From Octopus vulgaris (Eukaryota): 64,000 bases of DNA. The position numbers and the translations under genes are program-made. The DNA lies in assembly GCA_951406725.2 (NCBI GenBank), contig OX597816.1, positions 115,196,001 through 115,260,000 on the forward strand, in the 5' to 3' direction. Of the stretch, positions 1 through 12,869 are shown one piece after another. Below the pieces are notes generated by a model. That model ran no database searches. It had not been told where the DNA came from and saw only the letters and a list, made by a program, of their open reading frames with translations. The first letter of the stretch is position 1, and each line of letters starts with the position of its first letter.

Positions 1-39
1 ATATATATATATTATTCAATATACATATTAATTAATGTA

Positions 40-280
40 AGTGCATGGCCTAGTGGTTAGAGTATTGCACTCATGATCGCGAGATCGTGGTTTCAATTTC
101 TAGACTGGCTTTGCATTCACTTCAATACCTGACGCGTGGTTCACCGTAAACTTATTCAGGCAACGTTGATTTGATGACGGGGGTGAGTTATTGTGCGGCA
201 CATACATTTAATCATTATCAACAAATCATTTGTGCAGGTCGTTCGGCAAAAGCCGAACACTTGTACTTCGAAGGAAGAGT
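40..280 (+). mobile_element. tRNA-headed SINE (related copy at about 53690-53960)
   Basis: A-box-like TGGCCTAGTGG and B-box-like GGTTTCAATTT. Shares head and body with 53690-53960. Confidence 0.6.
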
Positions 281-285
281 CCCTT

Positions 286-319
<34 letters not shown>

Positions 320-320
<1 letters not shown>

Positions 321-860
321 TAAGGTATGTAGAAAAATACATGGACAAGAACGTATAACTCTTAGAAGACGACACAATAAACACGGACAGGACATTCGAA
401 ACCCTCAGTCTTCAGTCAAGAACCGGATCATCGTAGTAATTTCGGCTGATTAATCTTGAGATTACTAGATCACGGCCAGCCCTCCAAGAAAAACTAAGCA
501 ACGAGCATTAGAAAAACTAAGCTGGGAGCGTAGATTTCCTGGAAGAAGGATCGAATGCATACGAACACCAGGACAGCAAAAGGGACAGATATAAAAAAAC
601 AAAAAACAATAATGGAATACAGAAACATGAAATACAGAAGCATTAACGGTGAAAACAACAACAAGTGTCTTACGACTGATAACAAGCAAACAAATTTTTT
701 CTCTGGCGCATTGGAAAGGAGCCTTATCGGCGATGCCTATAGCGGCGGACGAAAAACAACGATGTTAACACGACGCTGGTGAGAAGCTGAAAGGCAGATT
801 TCGGCCAGCAGTCACGTGACAGAGAAGAGAGAAAAGAAAAGAAAGAGAAGCAAAGGAAGA
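320..860. mobile_element. Non-coding element flanked by (TA)n on both sides, probably Penelope-like
   Basis: Unique block between TA tracts. Decayed CTGAAGA...TCGAA motif on the minus strand at about 395-417. Confidence 0.4.
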
Positions 861-2188
861 TATATATATATATACCCTGGATGAATTTCATAATGTAACT
901 GTATCAACAGAATACTGTCAAATCTTAAAACGTCTATGCAGCAGAAACATATAACATGAAAATATTATGATTAATACAGTAATAAACAAGTTTTCGGGAA
1001 TGTATAATTCTCCATTCTTATTTATAATGTCCTGAGTATATATGTGTATGTAAGTGTGTGTGAATGTGAATGAATGAAAGGATATGTGCGTGTGTGTGTA
1101 TGTGTATGCGCGCGCTGCGAAGCACAGAATATGATTTCCTAGAAGCAAAGGCGATGAGAGCTATAGATAGGTAACCGTCATCTGACATGACCCAAGCATA
1201 AATTTTAAAACTATTCATCAACCAAAACAAAAGTTTACTTCATATATATTTATATATAGTAACATTCGACGAATATTTTTACTGTAAATTTCATTCTCAA
1301 ATTCTTTCCTACAAAATGTTAAATTTCCTAGGACAAGTATTCATTTACAAGATTAACACCAGTTCAAAGTTCAAACCAGCATCTTTAAAAGATCTATTCC
1401 TACCCAGAAATTCTATTCTAGAAAAATGTGTATCGATTTCTGTAGAACACACACATACACACACACGCGCGCGCGCGCGTGCGCTCATATTGATGTTTGT
1501 TTTAATGTAAAGTGATAATAAAAACAACTTTACATTAACCTGCAGCATTACTCAATACTTTTGTGAAATATAAGTTCATTATTTTTGGACAAGAATAGTA
1601 CTGACAGTGACCTCTAAGTTAATGTATGTATGTATGCATGTATTATGTATATGTGTATATGTGCGTGTGTATAATAATAATGATGATGATGATGATGAAG
1701 TGAAAACAAATAATATTTTGAAACCATTTATTTCGTGCGTTTCATATTGTTGCTTAACATATAATGTGAAATACATCCCTTACACAAGATCTTCCTCAGT
1801 TAATACATTTCAAAATATATTTTGAAATGCATTAACTGAGAATGATTTCATATTACACATCACGCAATGATAAGAAACGCACTTATTAAATGTTCGCAAA
1901 ATATTATTCGGTTCTATTTCGTTATTATAAATGACACGACATGATACAAGTACCAACTAATTAGTTCTGACTTCATTTACGTGGATACTCTACCATGGAT
2001 ACTCTAATATGGATTTGTAGTAGTTTGTTTCATTAGACTCGAGCCAATAGAGCAAACTACTACAAATGTGAGTGTATATATATATTTTTATATACGCACA
2101 TATATGTGTATGGGTGTGTGCGTGCGTGCATACATACATATATATACATATAAGAAAGAAATGTGTATACAGAACTTTCCATTCTTCT

Positions 2189-2233
<45 letters not shown>

Positions 2234-2239
<6 letters not shown>

Positions 2240-2420
2240 TAATCCAAACATGAAAACACAAAGAGAAAACACAACAACGCGAGGACGTTGAACAAATATA
2301 GTATTATTGGACGCTCAGGAAAGAAGGAAAGAAGGAGGGTTTAACGTTTCGAGCGGAGCACTTCGTCACAAACATAGGAAAAGGAAAGATCCAAAGAAAG
2401 GAAGACGGAGGAAGCGGCCA
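2234..2420 (-). mobile_element. Penelope-like repeat family P1 copy with decayed hammerhead core
   Basis: Near-identical to 12870-13050. Minus strand reads GTGACGA-AGTGCTCCGCTC-GAAACGTTA; adjacent to (TA)n. Confidence 0.6.
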
Positions 2421-2454
2421 TAACAGAGGCCTTAGGGTTTTACTCGAAGAAATC

Positions 2455-2615
2455 AACCCCAGGACTTATTCTTTGTAAGTCTAGTACTTATTCTCTCGGT
2501 CTCTTTTGCCGAACCACTAAATTATGGGGACGTAAATACAACAGTATCGGTTGTCAAGCGATAGCGGGGGAGACGGGCAAAACCTGACACTAAGACACAC
2601 ACACACACAAATATG

Positions 2616-2672
<57 letters not shown>

Positions 2673-2835
2673 TTATATACACACACAACGGGTTTCTTTC
2701 AGTTTCCGTCTACTAAATCCACTCACAAGACCCGAGTCTATTGTGGAAGTCACTTGCCCAATGTAACTCGCAGTGGCACTGAACCCGGAACAACGTGATT
2801 GGAGAAGCAAGCTTCTTACCACACAACCACGCTAG
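2455..2835 (-). mobile_element. SINE family A (tRNA head, internal microsatellite)
   Basis: Reverse complement of 5555-5985. Confidence 0.8.
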
Positions 2836-2974
2836 CGCCTATACATACATACATACATAAATACATACATACATACATACATACATACATACATACATAC
2901 ATACATACATACATACATACATACATACATACACATCCAAGCATATACACATGCATACATACATAATACAAATA

Positions 2975-3235
2975 CATCCCGTGATCACGTGATCGACCAG
3001 ACCATCTGATATTGTTATACATCGCTGGTCACAATTCGCTTTGCCTTGGCTTTAGCTTTCGAATGATATTACTCCGCTGGCTAGGTGAGCTAGCTAATTC
3101 CACCCCCGCCCACGATGGGAGAGTTAGTCCGTTGAAGGGTTACCTGTTTACAGCTGTTACAGCTGAGTGCTTTGCTCAAGAACCCAAAGCATCGCTCGTG
3201 AGTGCAACACCTTCATCACTTGACCACGCGCCTTC
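2975..3235 (-). mobile_element. Probable tRNA-derived SINE with (TATG)n tail
   Basis: Minus strand begins ggcgcgtggtcaagtg (A-box-like) and ends in the (TATG)n array. Confidence 0.45.
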
Positions 3236-3924
3236 GCGAGCGCGCGCATACACACGTAATTATGCAATATACGACTGTATGCATGTATGTATGTTTGTAT
3301 GCATGTATGTATATATGTATGCATCTATGAATGTATGTATTCATGCCTGTATGTATGTATCTATATATGTATATATGTATGTATGCATGCATGCACGTAT
3401 GTATGTATATTTGTTTGTGTGTATATCTGTATGTGCATTTATGTATGTGTATAATATTAAAGAGGTGCCAAGTTGTCTGACACTACATATTATGTATTCC
3501 TAGCAAGTAAAAATCTATCGACCAAATCTAATAACATATTTGAGAATATGGTGCTATTTGTAGATTAGTCGTATTTTATACAGAACAGCAATTCTTAGGT
3601 CTTTGGCGATAGCGAAAACGTAATTTTATAGAAGGGTTTTGATCAAGAACTTCTTGGAAGCATCAGATTGCTCCAAAACAATCAACTGAAGATAATCGTA
3701 TACTTTTCGTACCCAAAGAAATTCCTAGATTATTTTGACGTCTATGGGGAGCTATAAAATTTATTTCTTTTGAATTTGTATGTAAATATCGTTGGCGATT
3801 TTCTTTCTCCGTGTTCCATTCCTTCGACCTTTCCTTCTCTATGTTACTGACGAAGAGCTCTAAAGTGTCAAGCCTGCGCATAGCTGGTGAAATTAGAGAT
3901 AAAGCAGCAATAACAACAATAATA

Positions 3925-4143
3925 ATCCTTTCTATTATAGGCACAAAGCCTGAAATTTTGAGGGGAGGGTCCAGTCGATTAGATCGGCCCCAGTACACAA
4001 CTGGTACTTAATATATCGACCCCGAAAGGATGAAAGGCAAAGTCAACCTGGGCGGAATTTGAACTCAGAACGTAACGACAGGCGAAATACCGCTAAGCAT
4101 TTCGTCTAGCGTGCTAACGATTCTGCCAGCTCGCCGCCTTCAC

Positions 4144-4209
<66 letters not shown>

Positions 4210-4612
4210 TTCAAATTTTGGCATAAGGCCAGCAATTCGAGGGAAGGAGATAAGTTGATTACATCGTCCCCAGTGCGTAAGTGGCACTTATTTCACCGTC
4301 CCCGAAAGGATGAAAGGCAAAGTTGACCTTGGCAGAGTTTGAACGCAAAGACAGAGAACACACCACTAAGCATTTTGCCTAGCAAGCTAACGACTCTGCC
4401 AGTTCGCCACCTTTATTAATTTTAAATTTTGGCACAAGGTCAGCAAGTTTGAAAGAGATGATAAGTCGATCACATCGATCTGAGCGCTTAAATTGCCACT
4501 TATTTTATTAACCCCGAAAGATCGACTTCAGTGGCATTTGAACTCACAACGCAAAGACGGACGAAATGCCACTAAGTATTTTGTCCGGCGTACTAAAGAT
4601 TCTACCACCTCA
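3925..4612 (-). mobile_element. Three consecutive SINE family B copies with an intervening (AAT)n tract
   Basis: Repeated rc of ggcggcgagctggcagaatcgttagc...gttctgagttcaaattccgcc...gcctttcatcctttcggggtcgat. Confidence 0.8.
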
Positions 4613-4632
4613 GTGCATTAACAACAACAACA

Positions 4633-4670
<38 letters not shown>

Positions 4671-4671
<1 letters not shown>

Positions 4672-5090
4672 TGTTTTGTCTTGGTATAAAAGATGGGCTA
4701 CAGCAAATATTCTGCTCAATACCACAGATTTGCTTGTCAGTTGTTTGACCTTAACCAGTTGAGCATGTCCCTTAGTGGCTGACGATATGTGCATCTCTGA
4801 TCACGAGCAGAAGTAGTGGGGGAGCATCATAGCCATGTGTTGAGAGGGATTCTTTGGGGTTTGAATAGTTCACCTCTGGAAACATGGGTGGTTCTTTCAA
4901 CATCCTTAAACAACCCTTATTCAGGGACCGTTTGAGCGGGATGGGCTACTCAACCTGAAGAAAATTTTAACTGGGCCCCACCTGCAAGGTCATGTGCTGT
5001 TTATCTTGATATGAGATCACCATGTCGCGCACATATGGTTGTGATGCATGTGCCTGGTGTACCTTTATCAGACGGGTAGTCATGATGGGT
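4671..5090. mobile_element. Interspersed element embedded in an (AAT)n array
   Basis: About 420 bp of higher-GC unique sequence with (AAT)n directly on both sides; no ORF. Confidence 0.4.
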
Positions 5091-5164
5091 AATAATAATA
5101 ATAATAACTGCTCTCTCAATAATAATAATAATAATAATAATAGCAACAAAAAACAACAATAATA

Positions 5165-5717
5165 ATGATGATGATCCATTGGGAGCTTTGTGAAAATTAT
5201 GGCCGAGAAAGATCAAAAACATGGTATGACCAAAACCCAAAGAGAGTTACTGAGAATGAGGTTTACAAAATCCTGAGAGATGCAATGATTCAATGTCACC
5301 ATCAGATTAGACATTGGAAACCTGACATTATTGTGGTGAATAGAAAAGAAACAAAAACATGCTTGATCATCGACATAGCATGTCCTCGTGACAACAGGAT
5401 CAAAGAGAAAGAAGAAGAAAAAGTGAACAACCGTGATGACTTGAAGTGGGAAATACGCAACTTGTGGGCAATGAAGAAAGTGGGCGGGAAGCCAATAGAC
5501 GCGCTTGGAAGTATAAGCACTCAACTACCAGCATAGCTCAAAAAAGATTGATACAGGAGTGGCTGTGTGGTAAGTAGCTTGCTTACCAACCACATGGTTC
5601 TGGGTTCAGTCCCACTGCGTGGCACCTTGGGCGTCTTCTACTATAGCCTCGGGCCGACCAAAACCTTGTGGGTGGATTTGGTAGACGGAAACTGAAAAGA
5701 AGCCCGTCGTATATATG

Positions 5718-5772
<55 letters not shown>

Positions 5773-6145
5773 ATGTGTGTGTGTGTGTGTCTGTGTTTGT
5801 CCCCCCAACATCGCTTGACAACCGATTCTGGTGTGTTTACGTCCCCGTAACTTAGCAGTTCGGCAAAAGAGACCAATTGTATAAGTACTAGGCTTACAAA
5901 GAATAAGTCCTGGTGCCGATTATGCTCGACTAAAGGCGGTGCTCCAGCATGGCCGCAGTCAAATGACTGAAACAAGTAAAAGAAATGTAAAGATAGAACA
6001 CGTACAAGATCCATGATTGCTTGGAATTGTAAGAGTCCTCCGCTAGGTTTTTGAAGCATGATCAGTTAACAAGTGTCACCTTAGTTTGCTGGTTGTGGGC
6101 AGCTGACATTTTCCATCATATCCTGCAATAACAACAGCAACAGCA
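5165..6145 (+). mobile_element. 5'-truncated R4/Dong-like non-LTR retrotransposon (restriction-like endonuclease 3' end), interrupted by a SINE
   Basis: IHWELC..WY..P...EN...KI...KPDIIVV..CLIIDIACP.D....KE.EK...DLKWEI..LW: PD-(D/E)xK RLE motif. Begins in (AAT)n and resumes after the SINE (LLGIVRVLR). Confidence 0.85.
5555..5985 (+). mobile_element. Full-length SINE family A
   Basis: A box GTGGCTGTGTGG, B box GGTTCAGTCCC, gcaccttgggc core, internal (TA)n(TG)n, tail gaaacaagtaaaaga; many copies in the window. Confidence 0.85.
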
Positions 6146-6504
6146 ATATATATACATATATAGATGTATATTACATATGTATGCACAGTCGTACATATGT
6201 ATATCTTTTCTTCATTGCCGTCTGTGCGTGCTTTCAATTGTGATTTCTGGGATTCAGTATGGCTTATTTGTCAGTTCTGCTTTGACCTGGAATACCACTT
6301 TTCGGGTCACCAGCTTGATGGTTACACATGCGGGTAACGAAATATATACATATATCTCCATAAATTGTGACTATATTCTCCACATATCATTCAAATGTAT
6401 CTCTTCATGGTATTTCCTTCGTATGTATTTTCATTCAGAAAATCATTATTTCATTTTAAGACATATAGTACCATACTTTATGTCTCCTAGTTATATATAG
6501 TTCA

Positions 6505-6735
6505 GTTTAATGCTTTAGTATTTAACCAGGCCATATCTGGCCCAAATATTCTACCTGTTTTATATTCAAACTGGCCAGATCTGGCCTCTCACATCATCCC
6601 TAGAATATCCTTCTAAAAATTAAGTTACCGCATCAAAATCTCAAAAGCTACAAGATAATGCAAAATTTATTCAAAACATGTGAATAAAGAAGCATTACTT
6701 TGGTCGGGACTATGTGAATGAATGCTAATGGCGTA
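6505..6735 (+). mobile_element. TTAA-type (piggyBac-like) MITE, decayed
   Basis: Homologous to 52165-52376, which ends aaagggttaa. Similar elements at about 15515-15732 (ttaaccctt...ggggttaa) and 27562-27777. Confidence 0.5.
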
Positions 6736-7056
6736 ATAAGTGATATCGTTTACATTTGAATTGAACAACTTCATTAGGGTATCGTTTTCTTTCTATTTCT
6801 TTTTACAGAAGTATTACATGCAACAGTTTTTGTAAAAATGAATAAGAAAGAGCATTACACACACACACACCCTCATACATACACACGGGCGCACGCATAC
6901 ACACACACTCACACACACACGTATATGTATACATGCGTGTGCATAAGGTATGAAATGGTAATAATGTTTTGAACGATAACTGACGAGGAAAGAATGTGTC
7001 CATGTCGTGTGGGAATTTGCGTTCGTTCCTTGTCGTGCTTCATTTTAATTTTTGAA

Positions 7057-7915
7057 AGGCGGCGAGCTGGCAGAATCGTTAGCACGCCGGGCGAAGTGCG
7101 TAGCCGTATTTTCGTCTGCCGTTACGTTCTGAGTTCAAATTCCGCTGAGGTCGACTTTGCCTCTCATCCTTTCGGGGTCGAATAAATAAGTGCCAGTTAC
7201 ACGCTGGGGTCGATGTAATCGACTTAATCCGTTTGTCTGTCCTTGTTTGTCCTGTCTGTGTTTAGCCCCTTGTGGGTAGTAAAGAAATAGGTATTTCGTC
7301 TGCTGTTACGTTCTGAGTTCAAATTCCGCTGAGGTCGACATTGCCTTTCATCCTTTCGGGTTGATAAATTAAGTACCAGATACGCACTGGGGTCGATGTA
7401 ATCGACTTAATCCCTTTGTCTGTCCTTGTTTGTCCCCTCTATGTTTAGCCCCTTGTGGGCAATAAAGAAATAAGAATCGTTATCACGCTGGCGAAATGTT
7501 TCGCAGCATTTCGTCCGTTTTTCCATTCTGAGTTCGAATTCCGCTGAGTTCGACTTTACTTTTATATTTCGTCTGTCGTTACGTTGTGAGTTCAAATTCC
7601 GCCAAGGTCGACTTTGCCTTTCATCCTTTCGGGGTCGATAAATTAAGCACCAGTTAGGCACTGGGATCGATGTAATCGACTTAATCCCTTTGTCTGTCCT
7701 TGTTTGTCCACTCTATGTTTAGCCCCTTGTGAGTGGTAAAGAAATAGAAATAGGTATTTCGTCTGCCGCTACATTCTGAGTTCAAATTTCACCGAGGTCA
7801 ACTTTGCCTTTCATCCTTTCGGGGTCGATAAATTAAGTACCGGTGAAACATTGGGGTCGATGTAATTGACTTACCCCTCCCCCAAATTTCAGGCCTTGTG
7901 CCTATAGTAGAAAGG
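7057..7915 (+). mobile_element. SINE family B, multimeric array (five core units)
   Basis: Head aggcggcgagctggcagaatcgttagc, then repeated gttctgagttcaaattccg...gcctttcatcctttcggggtcgataaattaagtaccag units. Confidence 0.85.
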
Positions 7916-7971
7916 ATTTTAATTTTTGAAACTTATCACACACGAATTTGATTCTGTGTGTGTATCTTCTG

Positions 7972-8020
<49 letters not shown>

Positions 8021-8022
<2 letters not shown>

Positions 8023-8231
8023 TAATTAAGGGTTTATCACCAACACACCGAATTTAGAAATAGCAGTCAAAGAGATATAGCTATTCGGTGTGTTGGTGAG
8101 GCAATTCGTTGCTAAACCCTTAATTACTTAGTATTACTTAAATTTTCCTCGAATGGGGCATTTACATGCCGAAATCTACTAGGTGTAATTGATAATTATT
8201 CCAAATTAATTAATTTCACCCTTTATTATTA

Positions 8232-8235
<4 letters not shown>
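8021..8235. mobile_element. TA-flanked element with a long inverted repeat
   Basis: agtaattaagggttta/taaacccttaattact and tcaccaacacaccgaat/attcggtgtgttggtga arms; (TA)n on both sides. Confidence 0.55.
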
Positions 8236-8271
<36 letters not shown>

Positions 8272-8854
8272 TATGTATTTATGTATGTTTGTATTTATGT
8301 ATTTATATATGTATGTATGTGGGTGTATGTGTGCGTGGATATGCGTGTTCGTGTGCATGCTTTGTGAATTGAAATAAAAGAGACTCATACAAAACAAAAA
8401 CAAAAACATATTTAAAACATCATAAAACAGATAAGTGAGAAGAAAATGAAGGTGAGTGACGCAGATGAAAGAGATTTGTAGCTGACGAATGATTTGCTAT
8501 GTGGTGAATGAGATGACAAGGATCTTACTGACTTACATGCAAGGCCACATTCTGTACGGATGTATGTTCAGGATGGTCAGAGCGGCTTTGCGGTCTCATG
8601 TGAGTATGTGCTTGCTTGTTGGTTGAAACATGAGTCTAATATTTTGATTTACACACAAGTCTACAGATGTCGCAATAACATGCTTTCACTAAAGCAGTTT
8701 GAATGGATTGTGCTTCGCAGAACACATTGTATTTTATGGCTTCACAGATTGTAAGAATCCTCATAGGCTTCTGCAGAGTTTTCTCATTCAAATGTATACA
8801 GATCTTTGTATATGTATGTATGAATGTCTATATGTATATAAATATATATACGTT

Positions 8855-8918
8855 TATGTATGTATGTATGTATGTATGTATGTATGTATGTATGTATGTA
8901 TGTATGTATGTATGTATG

Positions 8919-8981
<63 letters not shown>

Positions 8982-9062
8982 ATCTCTCTTTATTATATGT
9001 GTATATATTTCTGGACCCAGGAAAAGGAGACTTGTAATGCGGTATATATATATATATATAGC

Positions 9063-9143
<81 letters not shown>

Positions 9144-9380
9144 CGATAGATAGATACACATACATGCATACACACATACATAAACATATATAAATATGCT
9201 TATATATACATATATATTTATGTATATATATGTGTGTGTGTATATATATATATACATATATATATATATGCTTATAAATATACATATATACACATGCATG
9301 TATACATGCATACATACATACATACATACATACATACATACATACATACATACATACATACATACATACATACATACATG
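8855..9380. repeat. Compound microsatellite: (TATG)n(TCTA)n ... (TAGA)n ... (CATA)n
   Basis: Directly visible; the two halves are reverse complements of each other. Confidence 0.9.
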
Positions 9381-9909
9381 TATACGTGGTTTGTCTTACA
9401 GAGAGAACACGCGAAAAGAGATACGTACACATGGACATATATAAACATACTCAGACACATATACATACGCAACTATAGCATACAGGCAACTAATAAACCA
9501 AATAAGAAACGTCGACTTGATCACAATAAAGAAAGTCTTACAAGAAAAACGGTGTTTAGTATCATCTGATGTGATTATTGCTGGAGATATCACACGTCTT
9601 CATATCTTTGTATCATTGTAGAAAAAGGTGTGAAATTAAAGAAACAATATATTATCAGTGAAAATATGGTACCAGGTTCAAGCTAAGCATTTGTAACGTG
9701 ATGCCACTCCATTCTGTCATTAATTACAACACAAGCGTCGCACTGCTTCGAATGCTTGTAATTTATGAAGAGTTTGAATAAATTAGAAGTTGTATGATAT
9801 GCATAGTGATATGCAAGTGTGTTTGTGTGTACGCAATAATTTAATACACATACATATGTATGTATGTATATGTGTGTGTGTGTGTGTGTGAGTGCGAAAT
9901 GCATTGAAG

Positions 9910-10860
9910 ACATTTTGAGACTTTTTAAGAGAGGCAGTTATAAATGTCCTAGATCATTGTAATTTTAATATATCATTACAATACTGTATTCCGATATTCT
10001 TTTATTCTTTTATTCTTGTTCCAGTCATTTGACTGCGGCCATGCTGGAGCACGACCTTTTTAGTCGAACAAATTCGACCTCAGGACTTATTCTTTGTAAG
10101 CCTAGTACTTATTGCATCGGTTTCTTTTTTTCCGAACTACTAAGTTATTGGGAACGTAAACAAACCAGCATCGGTTGTCAAGCAATGGTGGGGGAACAAA
10201 CAAACACACACACACATACATACGACGGGCTTCTTTCAGTTTCCATCTACCAAATCCACTCTCAAGGCTTTGGTCAGCTCGAGGCTATGGTAGAAGACAC
10301 TTGCTCGAGGTGCTATGCAGCGAGACTGAACGCGGAACCATGAGGTTGGTAAGCAAGCTACTTACCACACAGCCACATTTGTGCCTGTCTGGTAAGCAAG
10401 CTACTTACCACACAGCCACTTTTGTGCCCGTCAACTTTTGTTATTCGAGATTGTAACTGCACTTTGTTACAAAGCTGTAACTGCACTTTGAACACTCCCT
10501 ATAAAACACTGCTTGTCATAAGCTGACTAGTTTGCAGATTGCAGTCGAGACGTGAAGACAATTTCGATGCTTGCTATGGTATTGAAGTTTTGTGTTAAAC
10601 TGGGGAAAAACGCTATAGAAACTTATGAACTACTCTGTCGAGGTTCTGTAACTCGCTGGCACAAAAGGCAAAGCAAAGTAAGTCCACCAGGAAGCTCCTG
10701 GTGATCCTCTTATTCAACAACAAAAACGTCATCTACATCCAATGGGTTCCCTCTAGCCAGACGGTCAACAAAGAGTACCCTGTGAATGTTTTGAGGGAAT
10801 TGAGGAAGAGATTTCATTACGCAACTGAATAGGGTATACAACAATTTCTGTCATATTTCA
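9910..10860 (+). mobile_element. Internally deleted mariner element, interrupted by SINE A
   Basis: Translates KFCVKLGKNAIETYELL and LLFNNKNVIYIQWVPSSQTVNKEY..VLRELRKR (mariner transposase motifs). Homologous to 11341-11755. Confidence 0.7.
9997..10420 (-). mobile_element. SINE family A with duplicated head segment
   Basis: rc of family A; tggtaagcaagctacttaccacacagccac occurs twice in tandem. Confidence 0.8.
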
Positions 10861-10870
10861 TATATGTATG

Positions 10871-10932
<62 letters not shown>

Positions 10933-10935
<3 letters not shown>

Positions 10936-11315
10936 GAGCAAAACGCACCCATCCAATGGACGGTGCTGAGTTGTCAAACATTTGAACCTAATTTTCTCAA
11001 AACAACTCGTCCGACCGTCCCATTTTGTGGCATTATTTCAAGGCAGCCGGTTTTTTTTGCGCAAACTGTACGTGCATTTTTCTCGCGTACGTGTAGTATC
11101 GATCGCAACAGCTGATGTACTTGCGCGTACAAATGCACGTTCCCACGGCTTTATCGATCGCATTCTCACCTGGAATCGATTTTTGTAATTTTTTCAAGAC
11201 TTCTACACGCCCTGATACCGTAGGTATCTACATATCAATTTTGAGCACAATCGGATGGAGGATGCCCGAGATCCTAGAAGACACACACAGAGACAGACAG
11301 AACGGATTTTATATA
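10933..11315 (+). mobile_element. TA-flanked non-autonomous element, Helitron-like 3' composition
   Basis: Ends caattttgagcacaatcggatg...acagacagaacggattttatataata, resembling Helitron-derived repeats; GC-richer than the flanks. Confidence 0.4.
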
Positions 11316-11340
11316 ATATATATATATATATATTTCAAAA

Positions 11341-11755
11341 ATTTTGAGATTCTTTAAGGAGAGGTAGTTATAACAGTACTAAATTTATTTCTATACATGT
11401 AACAAGCTGGCCTGCCAACTTTTGTTATTCCAGATGGAAAGAGATGGCTGTAACAGCGCTTTGAGCGCACCCTGTAAAACAATGGTTGTCATTGGTGACT
11501 GGTTTGTAGAATGTAGTCAAGACATGAAGACAGTTTCGATGCTTGCTATGTAATAGTTTTTTGTTAAACTGAAGAAAAAAAACAATAAATAAAAACGCTA
11601 TAGAAACTTATGAATTACTCTTGACTGCTTATGGATTAACTTGAATGAGCTGAGAGTCTGTTATTCGCTGGTACAAGAAGGCCAGGGAAAGCAAGTCTGT
11701 CAGGAAGCTCATGATGGTCCCCTTATTTAACAGCATGGGTACCATCTACATCAGT
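11341..11755 (+). mobile_element. Second copy of the deleted mariner element
   Basis: Shares attttgaga.., caacttttgttattc, tttcgatgcttgctatg, aaaacgctatagaaacttatgaa and caggaagctc with 9910-10860. Confidence 0.65.
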
Positions 11756-12819
11756 GGTTCCCAAACTTAAACAGATCCACCAACGCGACTTACCGTCAAT
11801 CGAATTAGAGGTAAGTCTGAAATCAATGGAACTGTTCAGGATGTCCAAGAGAAGTGTTCCCGAAAACCACCAGCATTGACAACCCCAACAAAGCATGGAG
11901 CGCTGGAAAGGTACCACCAAAGTCCAAGAAAATCTGTGCGGCAAGCGTGTCGTTGGGTTGGTATTTCAAAGTTGTCTGTCCAACGCATTTTGAAGCATTG
12001 TCAATAGAAAAGTTATATTTCAAGATTAGTCGAAGCTGTTCGACTAATGACGATGATCTAGACCGAAAATTGCAGTATTGCGAGTGGTACTTGGCACGAT
12101 GTGTAGAAGATGCACTCTTTCCAACAAAAATTGTGTGGAGTGATTAGGCCACATTCAAATCAAATGATTCAATTAACTGCCACAATTGCACCTACTGGGG
12201 ACCTGAGAATCCACATGTTATGGTAGAACATGATGTTAATTATCCAGGTGTTACAGTATGGTGTGATTTATCATCAAGAGGATCGACTGGACCATTCTTT
12301 TTAGACACTACTGTGACTGGTCCCGTTTACTTGAACTTGCTGCAACAGTCTTCCATGACAAGCATTAGAGAAGACTTTGAAGATGAGGACTTTTATTTTC
12401 AACAAGATGGTGCACCCCCACATTACCATCGCGATTTTTGATCCTTCCTTGTCAAACAGGTGAATTGGACGAAGGGGTTTTGTTGAATACTTTCCGCGTT
12501 CATCAGACCTCACACCACTAACTTTTTTTATGGGGATACCTAAAAGACAAAGTCTACGCTAAGAAACCTGCACTAGTTGCTGATTTGAGATCAGCTATTG
12601 AACGAGAATGCACACAAATGCCAAACGAATTCTATCATAATGTTTGCGATTCCATTGCTTCGCGTTGTCAGCAGTGCCTGAACCAGAACGGACGTCGGTT
12701 TGAAAACAGGCATTGTCAAAACAATAAAATAATGTCTGTAGATTCTATTAAATTTTGAAAATGAAATGTATTTTAATAAACATCTTCTTTACAATAATTT
12801 AAAGTGTGTATGCATTTTT

Positions 12820-12820
<1 letters not shown>
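11756..12820 (+). pseudogene. Decayed Tc1/mariner-superfamily transposase, DD37D (maT)-like
   Basis: IVWSD*ATF...[12 protein letters not shown]...VTVWC..S..G..GPFF...[11 protein letters not shown]...SSDLTPL.FF.WGYLKDKVY; stops and frameshifts. Confidence 0.85.
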
Positions 12821-12860
<40 letters not shown>

Positions 12861-12869
12861 ATATATATA

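Noticed and set aside
5555-5625. tRNA-like sequence with A and B boxes
   Set aside because: Head of a multicopy SINE; no complete cloverleaf.
7057-7915. Repeat-spacer-like array resembling CRISPR
   Set aside because: Units are long SINE modules with repeated rather than unique spacers; eukaryotic context and no cas genes.
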